From Gemmatimonadales bacterium (GTDB lineage: Bacteria; Gemmatimonadota; Gemmatimonadetes; Gemmatimonadales; GWC2-71-9): a DNA stretch of 24,781 nt. The stretch covers positions 1 to 24,781 of the forward strand of contig JBFGJG010000056.1 in NCBI GenBank assembly GCA_041577295.1. Direction: 5' to 3'. The notes under the pieces are model-generated. The model searched no databases. It had not been told where the DNA came from and saw only the letters and a list, made by a program, of their open reading frames with translations. Positions 16,857 to 24,781 of the stretch are shown piece after piece; within the stretch, counting starts at the first letter, position 1, and every line of letters starts with the position of its first letter. The translations under genes and the position numbers were made by a program.

Positions 16857-16960
16857 ACTACTGAGAGTACACGCAAAGTTATCTGTTTACTGAAGTAGGC
16901 ACAATCGTGATTTCGGTGTCGCGCAGTGTGGCTCTGACACCAGATCGAATAGGAGGTTTT

Positions 16961-17470
16961 ATGGCAACACGACACACCGAGCAACAGCAACGGCTGGCGG
17001 CGGGACTGGCCGGGCTGCTTGCGGACACCTATGTGGTTTACAATTCGACGCAGTGTGGTCACTGGAACATCGAGGGCCCGCAGTTTCAACCATTACACGA
17101 GTTGTTCGAAAACCAGTACGGCGAGCTCGCCGAGGCAATCGACGTCATCGCGGAACGGATCCGCGCGCTCGGGTTCTACGCACCTGGCACGCTGCCGGAG
17201 TTGCTCGAGATGAGTAGGGTTCAGCAACGTCCCGGTCAAAGAGACGCCGATTCCATCTTGCTGCATCTCATTGAATCGCATCAACAGGTGGCGCATCGGC
17301 TGCGCGAGTTGCAGGGGCTTGCAGAGGCCGAGATGGACGAGGCGACGCTGGACGTGCTGGTTGAACGCCTACGCAGTCATGAAAAGACCGTCTGGATGCT
17401 GAAGAGTCAGGCGGGTGTGGCTTCGGAGGTGCTGAGTGGGCGGCCGCCCCTACGCGCCGCGGCGTCGTAA
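16961..17470 (+). CDS. dps: Dps family DNA starvation/stationary-phase protection protein (mini-ferritin)
   Basis: RBS AGGAGG at 16951-16956; HWNIEGPQFQPLHELFE, IDVIAERIRALG, HEKTVWML; ferroxidase His/His/Asp/Glu present. Confidence 0.93.
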   Translation: MATRHTEQQQRLAAGLAGLLADTYVVYNSTQCGHWNIEGPQFQPLHELFENQYGELAEAIDVIAERIRALGFYAPGTLPELLEMSRVQQRPGQRDADSILLHLIESHQQVAHRLRELQGLAEAEMDEATLDVLVERLRSHEKTVWMLKSQAGVASEVLSGRPPLRAAAS

Positions 17471-17524
17471 ACCGGCCAAACATCAACGACCAAACCTATT
17501 GATTGATACGAAAGGATCAGCACG

Positions 17525-18433
17525 ATGGATATCAGCCATTATTGGAGCATCCTGGTAGAGAAATTGACTACGTGGACGGAAGCGGCGGTCGCAGGTTTAC
17601 CGAACCTCGTGGTTGCGATCGCTATCCTCGCAGTATTCCTCGTCGCCGCGCAGCTGATGAAGCAGGTCGTACGCAAGGTCGCGCGTAAGGTGAGCGAGGC
17701 AGAGGCGATCGCACGCCTGATGACGACCATCGCGAAGTATGCCGTGATCATCATCGGGGTTGTCATTGCACTCGGCGTCTTGGGTCTGCAAAAGACCGTC
17801 TTCTCACTGCTGGCGGGTGCTGGTATCCTCGGTCTGGCCCTTGGCTTCGCATTTCAGGACCTGGCGGCGAACTTCATCGCCGGCATCGCCATGGGTCTCC
17901 GGAAGCCGTTCGACGTGGGTGATGTTGTGAAGACCAACGATGAGATGGGCAAGGTCAAGGAGATCAACCTCCGCAACACCGTGATCGAGTCGTTTTCGGG
18001 TCAGCTCGTCATCGTGCCCAACAGAGAGGTGTTTGAGAACGTGTTGATCAACTACAGTGCCAAAGGACAAAGGCGCGTCGAGTTGGCGGTTGGCGTGTCG
18101 TATGACACTGATCTCGAGATGGCGACACGCGTGGCCAAGGAGGCCATTAACTCGCTCGACGTGCTAGCCAAGGACAAGAGCGTCGATGTGTTTGCCCAAG
18201 AGTTTGGCGGCAGCTCGATAGACTTCTCCGTGCGGTATTGGATCGACTACCCCGAACAGGCCAGTTACCCTGCGGCGGTGCACGCGGGTGTGGTCGCGAT
18301 CAAAAAGGCGTTCGACGAGCACGGCATCGATATTCCGTTCCCGATTCGCACGCTAGACTTCAGCTTAACGGAGCAATCGGCTGGCCGTATGGTGGTCGAG
18401 CAGAAGCTCGAGGAGGTTGGTGCGGCGGCGTAA
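17525..18433 (+). CDS. mscS: Small-conductance mechanosensitive channel (MscS family)
   Basis: TM region ending GLALGFAFQDLAANFIAG; KPFDVGD, GKVKEINLRNT, VPN, VGVSYDTD, FGGSSIDF, GIDIPFP. Confidence 0.92.
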   Translation: MDISHYWSILVEKLTTWTEAAVAGLPNLVVAIAILAVFLVAAQLMKQVVRKVARKVSEAEAIARLMTTIAKYAVIIIGVVIALGVLGLQKTVFSLLAGAGILGLALGFAFQDLAANFIAGIAMGLRKPFDVGDVVKTNDEMGKVKEINLRNTVIESFSGQLVIVPNREVFENVLINYSAKGQRRVELAVGVSYDTDLEMATRVAKEAINSLDVLAKDKSVDVFAQEFGGSSIDFSVRYWIDYPEQASYPAAVHAGVVAIKKAFDEHGIDIPFPIRTLDFSLTEQSAGRMVVEQKLEEVGAAA

Positions 18434-18454
18434 GAGGACGAAGCCAGTGAATTT

Positions 18455-18490
18455 GGCGCGGCCGGTGGATTCCACCGGCCGCGTTCTCGT
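18455..18490 (+). terminator. Probable intrinsic terminator of dps-mscS
   Basis: Perfect 13-bp inverted repeat CGCGGCCGGTGGA-T-TCCACCGGCCGCG (18457-18483), followed by a weak T tract TTCTCGT, about 25 nt after the mscS stop. Confidence 0.65.
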
Positions 18491-18540
18491 AGGCGCAAAT
18501 CGCTCGTCGCGGTGAGGCATTCGCTGATATCTTTGTGCCC

Positions 18541-19098
18541 ATGATGAGGTCAAGCGGCTCTTCGGCCCGTGAAACGGTGATCCTGGTGGACTCCAACGAC
18601 CAACAGGTCGGGGTGGAAGAGAAGCTCGCCGCTCACCGCCGAGGCGTGCTCCACCGCGCAGTGTCTGTGTTTGTGTTCGACCAGAACCGTCGCCTGTTGT
18701 TGCAGCGACGGGCTCCCGGCAAGTATCACTCACCGGAGCTGTGGTCGAACACCTGTTGTGGGCATCCGCGTCCCGGGGAAACTTCCCTGGCAGCAGCAGA
18801 GCGACGGCTGCGCGAGGAGATGGGAATCGGGTGCGCGCTCGAACCGGCGTTCTCTTTCATCTACCGCGCCGATCTCGGCGGCGGCCTGATCGAGCACGAA
18901 CTGGATCATGTGTTCGTCGGGCGCTACGAGGGCGAGCCGATGCCGGATCCGCGAGAAGTGGGTGAGTGGCGTTGGGTGGATCTTGAGGAAGTGTCAACCG
19001 ATGTCGTCGACTGTCCCGAGGCCTACACGGTTTGGTTCCGGCTCCTGATGCGGGAGCATCTGCAACAACTCAATCCACCGCACGTCAGCCCCTCCTGA
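18541..19098 (+). CDS. idi: Isopentenyl-diphosphate delta-isomerase, type 1
   Basis: EKLAAH, LHRAVSVF, LLQRRA, WSNTCCGHP, RRLREEMG, EHELDHVF, YTVWF. Start uncertain (18535-18544). Confidence 0.95.
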   Translation: MMRSSGSSARETVILVDSNDQQVGVEEKLAAHRRGVLHRAVSVFVFDQNRRLLLQRRAPGKYHSPELWSNTCCGHPRPGETSLAAAERRLREEMGIGCALEPAFSFIYRADLGGGLIEHELDHVFVGRYEGEPMPDPREVGEWRWVDLEEVSTDVVDCPEAYTVWFRLLMREHLQQLNPPHVSPS

Positions 19099-19104
19099 AA
19101 CAGG

Positions 19105-20286
19105 TCAGACAGTGCGGACCTCGCCCATTAGTGGCTCGGGTTGGGGCGCCTTCGTAACCTGGTCGCGCAACGTATCCGGAATGCGAATCTCCAGTTCCTT
19201 TTCGCGCGGCTCCTCATCGAGCTCTGGTTCAGGCGCTCGCTCGAGAGCCATGTCGACGATGCGAGACAAAGTCTCGCCGAACGTCATCCCACCCGCCTCG
19301 GCAGATTCCATGTAGGAGACACCTTCGGTGAGATCAGGGTTGGGGTTCACCTCGAGCACAAATGGCTGATTCCGCGCGGCAAGACGGATATCGAGTCGCG
19401 CGTAGTCCCGGCAGCCCGTGAGCGCGTATGCTCGCAGGGCTACGTCCTCGATCTTTTTGAGAGCACGCCGGGACAGCTCAGCGGGGCAGATGGTGTGCAC
19501 TTGGTGATAGACCTCGTTGAGCGGGTTCCATTTTGCATCGTAACTGATGATCGATGGATGCTCCTCCGGAAGCTCGGAAAAATCGAACTCGATTGCCGGT
19601 AAAATCACCGGTGGATCGTTACCCAAGATTCCAAGGTGCAGCTCCCGACCCTCGATGAACTCTTCCACGAGGATGGGTGGATCGAACTCTTCGAAAACTC
19701 TCTGAAGCTGCTTGACGAGCTGCTCGTGATCGTGAACGACCGAGGCAGCCTCCACGCCCATGCTGGCATCGGAGCGTGATGGTTTGACGATCAGGGGGTA
19801 GTGCAGACCGTGTCGGGTCGGAATGCGAGGCTCCTTGAGCAGTCGAAACCGGGGAGTCGGCACGCCGTTCGCCAAAAGGACCTGCTTGGCAAGCCCCTTC
19901 TTGTGACACAGCGAGAGCGCGAACGGAGGCGCGCCGGTGTACGGGATCCCGTGAAGATCGAAGAACGCCGCGACCGCCGGTTCGAGCTCGGAGTCATCAT
20001 GAAAGTGCTCGACGAGGTTGAAGATCACATCAGGCGCATTGCGGCCCACGAGTTGGCGCAGCCGCTTGATATCCTCCTTGATATTGAAGGTGCGCGCCTT
20101 GTACCCCTCGCGCCGCAGTGCCTTGACGAGTGCTTTGTACTCCTCTTCGACCGTGGCGACATGAATGTCGTACTCGGGCTCAAAGCCCAGCATCGCGGGA
20201 TCCACCCGTCGGATCTTCTCGTACACGTCTTCGTCGGTATGGTTGTAGACCACAGCGACCGAAATCTTTTCGTCGATATTCGACAT
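19105..20286 (-). CDS. D-Ala-D-Ala ligase-like ATP-grasp protein (non-canonical Ddl subfamily)
   Basis: DVIFNLVE, GIPYTG, YPLIVKP, DASMGV, EEFIEGRE, YDAKW, DYARLDIRL, LEVNPNPDL. ATG 20286 with GGAG upstream. Confidence 0.88.
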   Translation of the reverse strand: MSNIDEKISVAVVYNHTDEDVYEKIRRVDPAMLGFEPEYDIHVATVEEEYKALVKALRREGYKARTFNIKEDIKRLRQLVGRNAPDVIFNLVEHFHDDSELEPAVAAFFDLHGIPYTGAPPFALSLCHKKGLAKQVLLANGVPTPRFRLLKEPRIPTRHGLHYPLIVKPSRSDASMGVEAASVVHDHEQLVKQLQRVFEEFDPPILVEEFIEGRELHLGILGNDPPVILPAIEFDFSELPEEHPSIISYDAKWNPLNEVYHQVHTICPAELSRRALKKIEDVALRAYALTGCRDYARLDIRLAARNQPFVLEVNPNPDLTEGVSYMESAEAGGMTFGETLSRIVDMALERAPEPELDEEPREKELEIRIPDTLRDQVTKAPQPEPLMGEVRTV

Positions 20287-20321
20287 AGCGCTCCGTCGGC
20301 AGCCGCCGAACCCAATGTCGT

Positions 20322-20357
20322 TGTAGGCCGCAACTATGTATAATGCGCCTACAGGAG
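20322..20357 (+). promoter_or_regulatory. Sigma70-type -10 box flanked by an inverted repeat, plus RBS
   Basis: TATAAT at 20339-20344; arms TGTAGGCCGCA (20322-32) and TGCGCCTACA (20344-53); AGGAG at 20353-57. No good -35. Confidence 0.5.
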
Positions 20358-20363
20358 TCGAGT

Positions 20364-21191
20364 ATGGGAATTTACCCACAACCCAATGCGTGGGAGTGCG
20401 GGCCCTTTGCCCTGAAGTACGCCCTGATACTGCTGGGCATTCCGTCCAGCGAGCGCGACATTGCTCGGATCGCCGGGACCGACGAGAGCGGGACGGACGA
20501 GCACGAACTGGCCAGGGCAGCCCGGCAGTTCGGCTGCGACCTAGGGCTTATCCGGCGCGGCGAGGCCGACAGCGCGCGCGAGGATCTGCGCGAGGTTTTA
20601 GAGCGCCAAATCCCGGCACTGCTCTGCGTACATGGCTGGGAGCACTGGGTGACCGTTGCGGCTGTTGAGGATGATGATTTCGTGATCCTGGACAGCCGGG
20701 ATCCCTCGGTGCTGACGGTGGCGCCCTGGACCCGCCTGCGAGACATGTGGGTGTATCGCGAACGAGCGTCCTCCGGCGGTGTTCGCCAGCTGTACGACCT
20801 GCACCCAGTAATGCCCACCGGCCCCACCCGGATGCGGGCGCGGCTCTCGGTCACCCGGGCTCGGCGGCTGCGCGAACCCGAGAGCCGGAGCCTCGCAATG
20901 GCGTGGGACCGTTACCTCGAAGATCTCCTTTCAGTGAGTGACCCACCCACTTCCCAGTGCGCGCTCACGGTCTCACTGGGTGAGCTGCTCACGGAGTGTG
21001 AAGCCGACGTTCTGCAGGAAGCCGACCGCCTGGTCGGGACGCTCGATCCCGCGGCACGGCGGAGAATCCTGGGAAATGTCCGGTTCGTGGCGGAGACGTA
21101 CGACCTCCAGGTCCTTGTTGGCGACGAGGCTCGCGCGATCGAGGCAGTGGGGGCGATCCTGGGCCGCCGGGCCTCCGCTGCTCTGGTGTAA
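20364..21191 (+). CDS. Stand-alone C39-like (papain-fold) cysteine peptidase with uncharacterised C-terminal domain
   Basis: Q-x5-C motif (YPQPNAWECGPFAL), GTDEHEL, WEHWVTV (His), ILDS (Asp). RBS AGGAG. No signal peptide or ABC domain. Confidence 0.78.
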   Translation: MGIYPQPNAWECGPFALKYALILLGIPSSERDIARIAGTDESGTDEHELARAARQFGCDLGLIRRGEADSAREDLREVLERQIPALLCVHGWEHWVTVAAVEDDDFVILDSRDPSVLTVAPWTRLRDMWVYRERASSGGVRQLYDLHPVMPTGPTRMRARLSVTRARRLREPESRSLAMAWDRYLEDLLSVSDPPTSQCALTVSLGELLTECEADVLQEADRLVGTLDPAARRRILGNVRFVAETYDLQVLVGDEARAIEAVGAILGRRASAALV

Positions 21192-21262
21192 CCGCGCAAC
21201 CCTTCCATCGGTGGAGGTGTCCGAAGCATAGGCATCGGGAGTAACCCCAAACCGCACGCGCT

Positions 21263-23656
21263 ATGCTCTCCACCGTCACCCAAGATCTCCGCCTCATCCT
21301 TCGCGGGTTCGGCCGTCGTCCGGTCTACGCCACGGTGACGATCCTGACCCTGGCACTCGGGATCGGCTGTGGCACGGCTGTATTCGGCCTCGTCGATGCA
21401 GTCCTCTGGCGCCCGCTTGCCTTTACGAATCCCGCACAGCTCGTGTCGGTGTGGCCAGACCGACTCCTGTCGAATCGAGAAGTGAAGGCCCTGCGGGAAC
21501 GAATGCAGAGCTTTGCTGCCGTGGCGACGTTGAGTCCCGGCTGGGGCGTGGCCCTCACCGACGTTGACGAACCCACACAACTGCTCGGCGCACGTACGTC
21601 CGCAAACCTCTTCGAAGTGCTCGGTGTCGCTCCCGAACTCGGGCGCACGTTCGTGCCTTCCGATGGCGTCCCGGGCGCTGAGGATGTCGTTCTCCTAAAC
21701 AGTAAGCTGTGGCGCACAACATTCGGCGAGCGACGCGACATTGTTGGATCTCGCCTCGTTCTCGATGGGACTCCTCACACGGTCGTTGGCGTGCTGCCGC
21801 CGGAGTTTGAGCTCTTCCAACCTGACACCGATCTCTGGCAACCGATCCCAGAAGACCCCACAGCCTGGTACCATCGCTCGGGAATCTTTCTAGCCGTCGC
21901 GCGCCTCACTCTCGAGTCGACGATTGCAGTGGCAAGTGCCGAGCTCCGGAGCGTCCTCCCGGGCATTCGCGAGGAGCTTGCCCTCCCCGATGACTACGGT
22001 CGTGATGCGGTGGTAATGGACCTGAGGCAGAACATCGTGGGCGACGCAAAAACGACTCTGTTGATCGTTGCCATTGCGGTGGCCTGCATGCTCCTTCTTG
22101 CCAGCGCCAACATCGGGAGTCTCCAACTTGTGCGGGCAATCGGTCGTGCTCGTGAAATGGCTGTCCGGCGAGCTCTCGGGGCTCCGACGGGCCGACTGGT
22201 TCGGTTGCTTCTCACCGAAAGCGTGCTGCTGACCGCCGCGGGCGGCGCGCTCGGCTGGCTGATCGCCATGGCGTTGCTGCGGTTCGCGGCGCACCGGCTG
22301 CCACTGGAGTTCCCGCGGGTAGGAGAGCTCGTAGTGGATGGCCGCCTTCTGCTTGGTGGCCTAATCGTCACAGCGGTCGTAGGAGCGATGTGCGGCATCC
22401 TGCCAGCGTTGGCAGCGGTCAGTCGTTCCGCTAACGCCGCCACGTTGAGAATGTCGCCGACGTCTGACTGGCGGTTGGCGCTACGGACCCGCGGCTTCGT
22501 CGTGGTCGTGCAAATGGCGTTTGCGCTCGTGCTGGTCATCGGCGCCGGACTCATGGTCCAGACACTTGCAACTCTCCAGGCGGTGGATGCAGGATTCACT
22601 CGCACAGCGTTGACAATGCGTGTGCAGCCGACCGGGAGCCGCTACCGGACGGCCGACCAGCGGTTGGCGTACTATAGAGACCTGTTTTCGTCGATTGCCG
22701 CCGTCCCCCACGTGGAGGCGGTCGGCGCAATCCAGCATCTCCCGCTTTCCGGTGTCAGCTGGGGCGCCGACCTCGAGATCGAGGGAACACCACTCGTGCT
22801 GGGTGAAACCCCGCCGCGGGCGGGTTGGCGAGTCGTGAATACAGGTTACTTCGACGCAATGGGAATTCGACTTCTGACGGGCCGCGTGTTCACGGATGCT
22901 GACCATCGAGACGCCTCCCCGGTTGTCGTGGTCTCAAACCGGCTCGCAGAACGGCACTGGCCCGGGGGCGAAGCTCTTGGCCGGCGGGTTCGTGCAGGAA
23001 ATGCAACGGGTAACGAGTGGGCGACCGTCATCGGTGTGGTGTCTGACGTACGGCACGCGGGCCTAGATGCGGAGTGGACGGAAGACCTGTATCGGCCAGT
23101 TACCCAGTATCCACACGGCTCACTGGCGCTCGTCGTTCGCACGTCGGTCGATCCGCTCTCGCTTGGTTTCGCAATCCGGGAAGCGGTCTGGTCGGTGGAT
23201 GGCGGTGTGCCGATCTCAGAGGTCCGCACGCTGGAGAACGTCATCGGCGCTTCGATGGGGCGTCGCCGATTGCTCATGGTTGTGCTTTTGGCGTTTGCGG
23301 GGATAACGCTGATCATGGGTGGCCTGGGTGTTTACGGGGTCGTGACGTCGGCTGTCACCCAGCGCAGTCGCGAAATCGGGGTTCGGATGGCGCTCGGTGC
23401 AGACCGCATCCGGGTCATGATCATGGTGTTGAAGCAGGGTCTCGTCTTTGGGGCGCTGGGAGTCGCGACGGGCACTCTCGGCGCAATCGCCCTCACACGG
23501 GTCCTGCACACGTTCCTCTTTGGGGTAAAGCCAACCCATCCGCCCACCTTCGTTGTGCTGGGTTTCGCGCTGCTGGTCCTGACGTTGTTGGCGAGTTACT
23601 TACCTGCCCGGCGCGCTGCCTCTGTCGACCCCGTCATCGCGTTGACTGCCGACTAG
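21263..23656 (+). CDS. ABC transporter permease, duplicated MacB_PCD/FtsX (ADOP-type orphan permease)
   Basis: QDLRLILR, TLALGIG, LGRTF, REMAVRRALGA, LLTES, QRSREIGVRMALGA, SYLPARRAASVDPVIAL; two-fold internal architecture. Confidence 0.92.
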   Translation: MLSTVTQDLRLILRGFGRRPVYATVTILTLALGIGCGTAVFGLVDAVLWRPLAFTNPAQLVSVWPDRLLSNREVKALRERMQSFAAVATLSPGWGVALTDVDEPTQLLGARTSANLFEVLGVAPELGRTFVPSDGVPGAEDVVLLNSKLWRTTFGERRDIVGSRLVLDGTPHTVVGVLPPEFELFQPDTDLWQPIPEDPTAWYHRSGIFLAVARLTLESTIAVASAELRSVLPGIREELALPDDYGRDAVVMDLRQNIVGDAKTTLLIVAIAVACMLLLASANIGSLQLVRAIGRAREMAVRRALGAPTGRLVRLLLTESVLLTAAGGALGWLIAMALLRFAAHRLPLEFPRVGELVVDGRLLLGGLIVTAVVGAMCGILPALAAVSRSANAATLRMSPTSDWRLALRTRGFVVVVQMAFALVLVIGAGLMVQTLATLQAVDAGFTRTALTMRVQPTGSRYRTADQRLAYYRDLFSSIAAVPHVEAVGAIQHLPLSGVSWGADLEIEGTPLVLGETPPRAGWRVVNTGYFDAMGIRLLTGRVFTDADHRDASPVVVVSNRLAERHWPGGEALGRRVRAGNATGNEWATVIGVVSDVRHAGLDAEWTEDLYRPVTQYPHGSLALVVRTSVDPLSLGFAIREAVWSVDGGVPISEVRTLENVIGASMGRRRLLMVVLLAFAGITLIMGGLGVYGVVTSAVTQRSREIGVRMALGADRIRVMIMVLKQGLVFGALGVATGTLGAIALTRVLHTFLFGVKPTHPPTFVVLGFALLVLTLLASYLPARRAASVDPVIALTAD

Positions 23657-23689
23657 CGGGATTGTTGTAACGCGGTCACTCTTCATGCC

Positions 23690-24781
23690 GTGACCGTAAC
23701 GCTCGACACGACCCAGCTTCTCGAACGGCTCGTCGCATTCGACTCGACGAGCCGGAATAGCAATCTGCCGATCGCAGACTTCATTGCGGACTACGTATCC
23801 CGCCCAGGGGTGGCTGTGCACCGGAACGAGTCACCGGACGGTACCAAGACGAATCTGGTGATCGTCGCCGGCCCTGCGGACGCCGCCCGCGATGGCTTGG
23901 CGCTTTCGGGACACATGGATGTCGTACCTGCCGACGAGCCTGAGTGGCGCAGCGATCCGTTTACGCTCACCCGGGTAGGCGACACGCTCGTTGGACGGGG
24001 CACAGCGGACATGAAGGGCTTCCTTGCTGTGGCGATGCACCTGATGGCGTCGTTCGACATCCAACGCGCACGCCGTCCCCTCGTGCTCATTCTCACGTAC
24101 GATGAGGAGCTCGGAACTCTCGGGGCGAAGCACTTCGTCGAGAGTTGGGCGGCCCCCCAGCAGCTCCCGGGGTCCGTCATCATCGGAGAACCGACCTCGC
24201 TCGAGGTGGTCCGGATGCACAAGGGTTATATCAAGCTGCGCCTGGAGTTCTCGGGCATCGCCGCCCATAGCGGTTATCCTCACCTCGGCCGCAGTGCCAT
24301 CGAACCAGCAGCCCGCGCTGTGGTGGCGCTGACCGAGTTGCGACGAGCCATGGAGCAGGAGCGTCCCGCGCATAGCAGAGAGTTCCCCGAGGTACCCTTT
24401 GCCGCACTCAACATCGGTACGATACGGGGAGGCTCGGCGATCAACGTCATTCCGGACCGATGCCGCGTGGAGCTCGGTGTGCGCCTGCTACCGGGAATGG
24501 CGAGTGCGGAGGTCGTCGACCGGATCCGCGGGGCGGTGAAGCAATCGGTAGGTGAAAACCAGGTGACCCTCGAAGTCCTTGGCGAGAGTCCACCGATGAT
24601 TCTGAGACGGGACGCGCCCGTGTATCGCTGGTTGTGTAATGCCGTGGACCAGGACGGGTCACGGAGCGTCAACTTTGCCACGGATGCCGGTTGGCTGCAG
24701 ACGCTGGGGCTCGACTGCGTGATCTTCGGCCCCGGCTCGATCGGCGTCGCGCACAAGCCCAATGAATCCCTCCCGATCGCG
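23690..24781 (+). CDS. argE: Acetylornithine deacetylase-like M20 amidohydrolase (3'-truncated; absent from the ORF track)
   Basis: Read manually from GTG 23690: LLERLVAFDSTSRNSN, SGHMDVVP, GRGTADMKG, YDEELG, IIGEPT, HKG, AHS, GGSAINVIP, TDAG, GPGSIGVAHKPNE; open to the window end. Confidence 0.88.
   Translation, partial: MTVTLDTTQLLERLVAFDSTSRNSNLPIADFIADYVSRPGVAVHRNESPDGTKTNLVIVAGPADAARDGLALSGHMDVVPADEPEWRSDPFTLTRVGDTLVGRGTADMKGFLAVAMHLMASFDIQRARRPLVLILTYDEELGTLGAKHFVESWAAPQQLPGSVIIGEPTSLEVVRMHKGYIKLRLEFSGIAAHSGYPHLGRSAIEPAARAVVALTELRRAMEQERPAHSREFPEVPFAALNIGTIRGGSAINVIPDRCRVELGVRLLPGMASAEVVDRIRGAVKQSVGENQVTLEVLGESPPMILRRDAPVYRWLCNAVDQDGSRSVNFATDAGWLQTLGLDCVIFGPGSIGVAHKPNESLPIA

Noticed and set aside
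15981..16898. 305-aa + strand ORF
   Set aside because: Antisense shadow of the sigma54 activator; no motifs.
17405..17470. Dps C-terminal extension as an encapsulin targeting peptide
   Set aside because: Does not match the L-x-I/V-GSL-type motif; no encapsulin gene in the window.
21196..21225. ECF-like promoter (GCAAC-N17-TGTC) or small hairpin before the permease
   Set aside because: Too short and degenerate to distinguish from chance; the hairpin lacks a T tract.
19105..23656. Graspetide/RiPP cluster (ATP-grasp + C39 + ABC permease)
   Set aside because: No precursor peptide ORF found, the ligase is Ddl-like rather than RimK/MvdC-like, and the permease is MacB/FtsX-type rather than a peptidase-containing exporter.
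1..24781. CRISPR arrays, tRNA/rRNA, IS elements, integrases, prophage genes
   Set aside because: No regularly spaced repeats, structural RNA signatures or transposase/integrase motifs seen; intergenic gaps are short.

Overview
GC-rich, gene-dense bacterial chromosomal window with about 22 CDS, the first and last truncated. An ADOP-type permease, a VPS10/BNR propeller, Tat-exported class V PLP enzyme and small TM+coiled-coil protein suggest Gemmatimonadota or a similar lineage (inference). No rRNA, tRNA, CRISPR array, IS or phage genes were recognised. Gene order: rhodanese; class V PLP enzyme + DAACS symporter operon; small OM beta-barrel; Tat-exported class V PLP enzyme; small membrane coiled-coil protein; coupled TPR protein + Ser/Thr kinase; PPi-type phosphofructokinase; exported hypothetical protein; VPS10/BNR protein; sigma54 activator-nucleoside hydrolase-ribokinase operon divergent from sigma54-promoter-driven dps-mscS; idi; Ddl-like ATP-grasp ligase divergent from a stand-alone C39-like peptidase, ADOP permease and argE-like M20 hydrolase. 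Best candidates for undescribed systems: (1) a NorR-like GAF activator with rewired metal ligands and GAFSGA loop that apparently drives dps-mscS; (2) a DAACS symporter with NKDGT and Arg-to-Asn substitutions coupled to Cys-less PLP enzymes and a rhodanese; (3) a membrane kinase with zinc ribbon and helical tail coupled to a membrane-anchored TPR protein; (4) the ATP-grasp/C39 divergon. All family calls are from motif recognition only; no searches were run.
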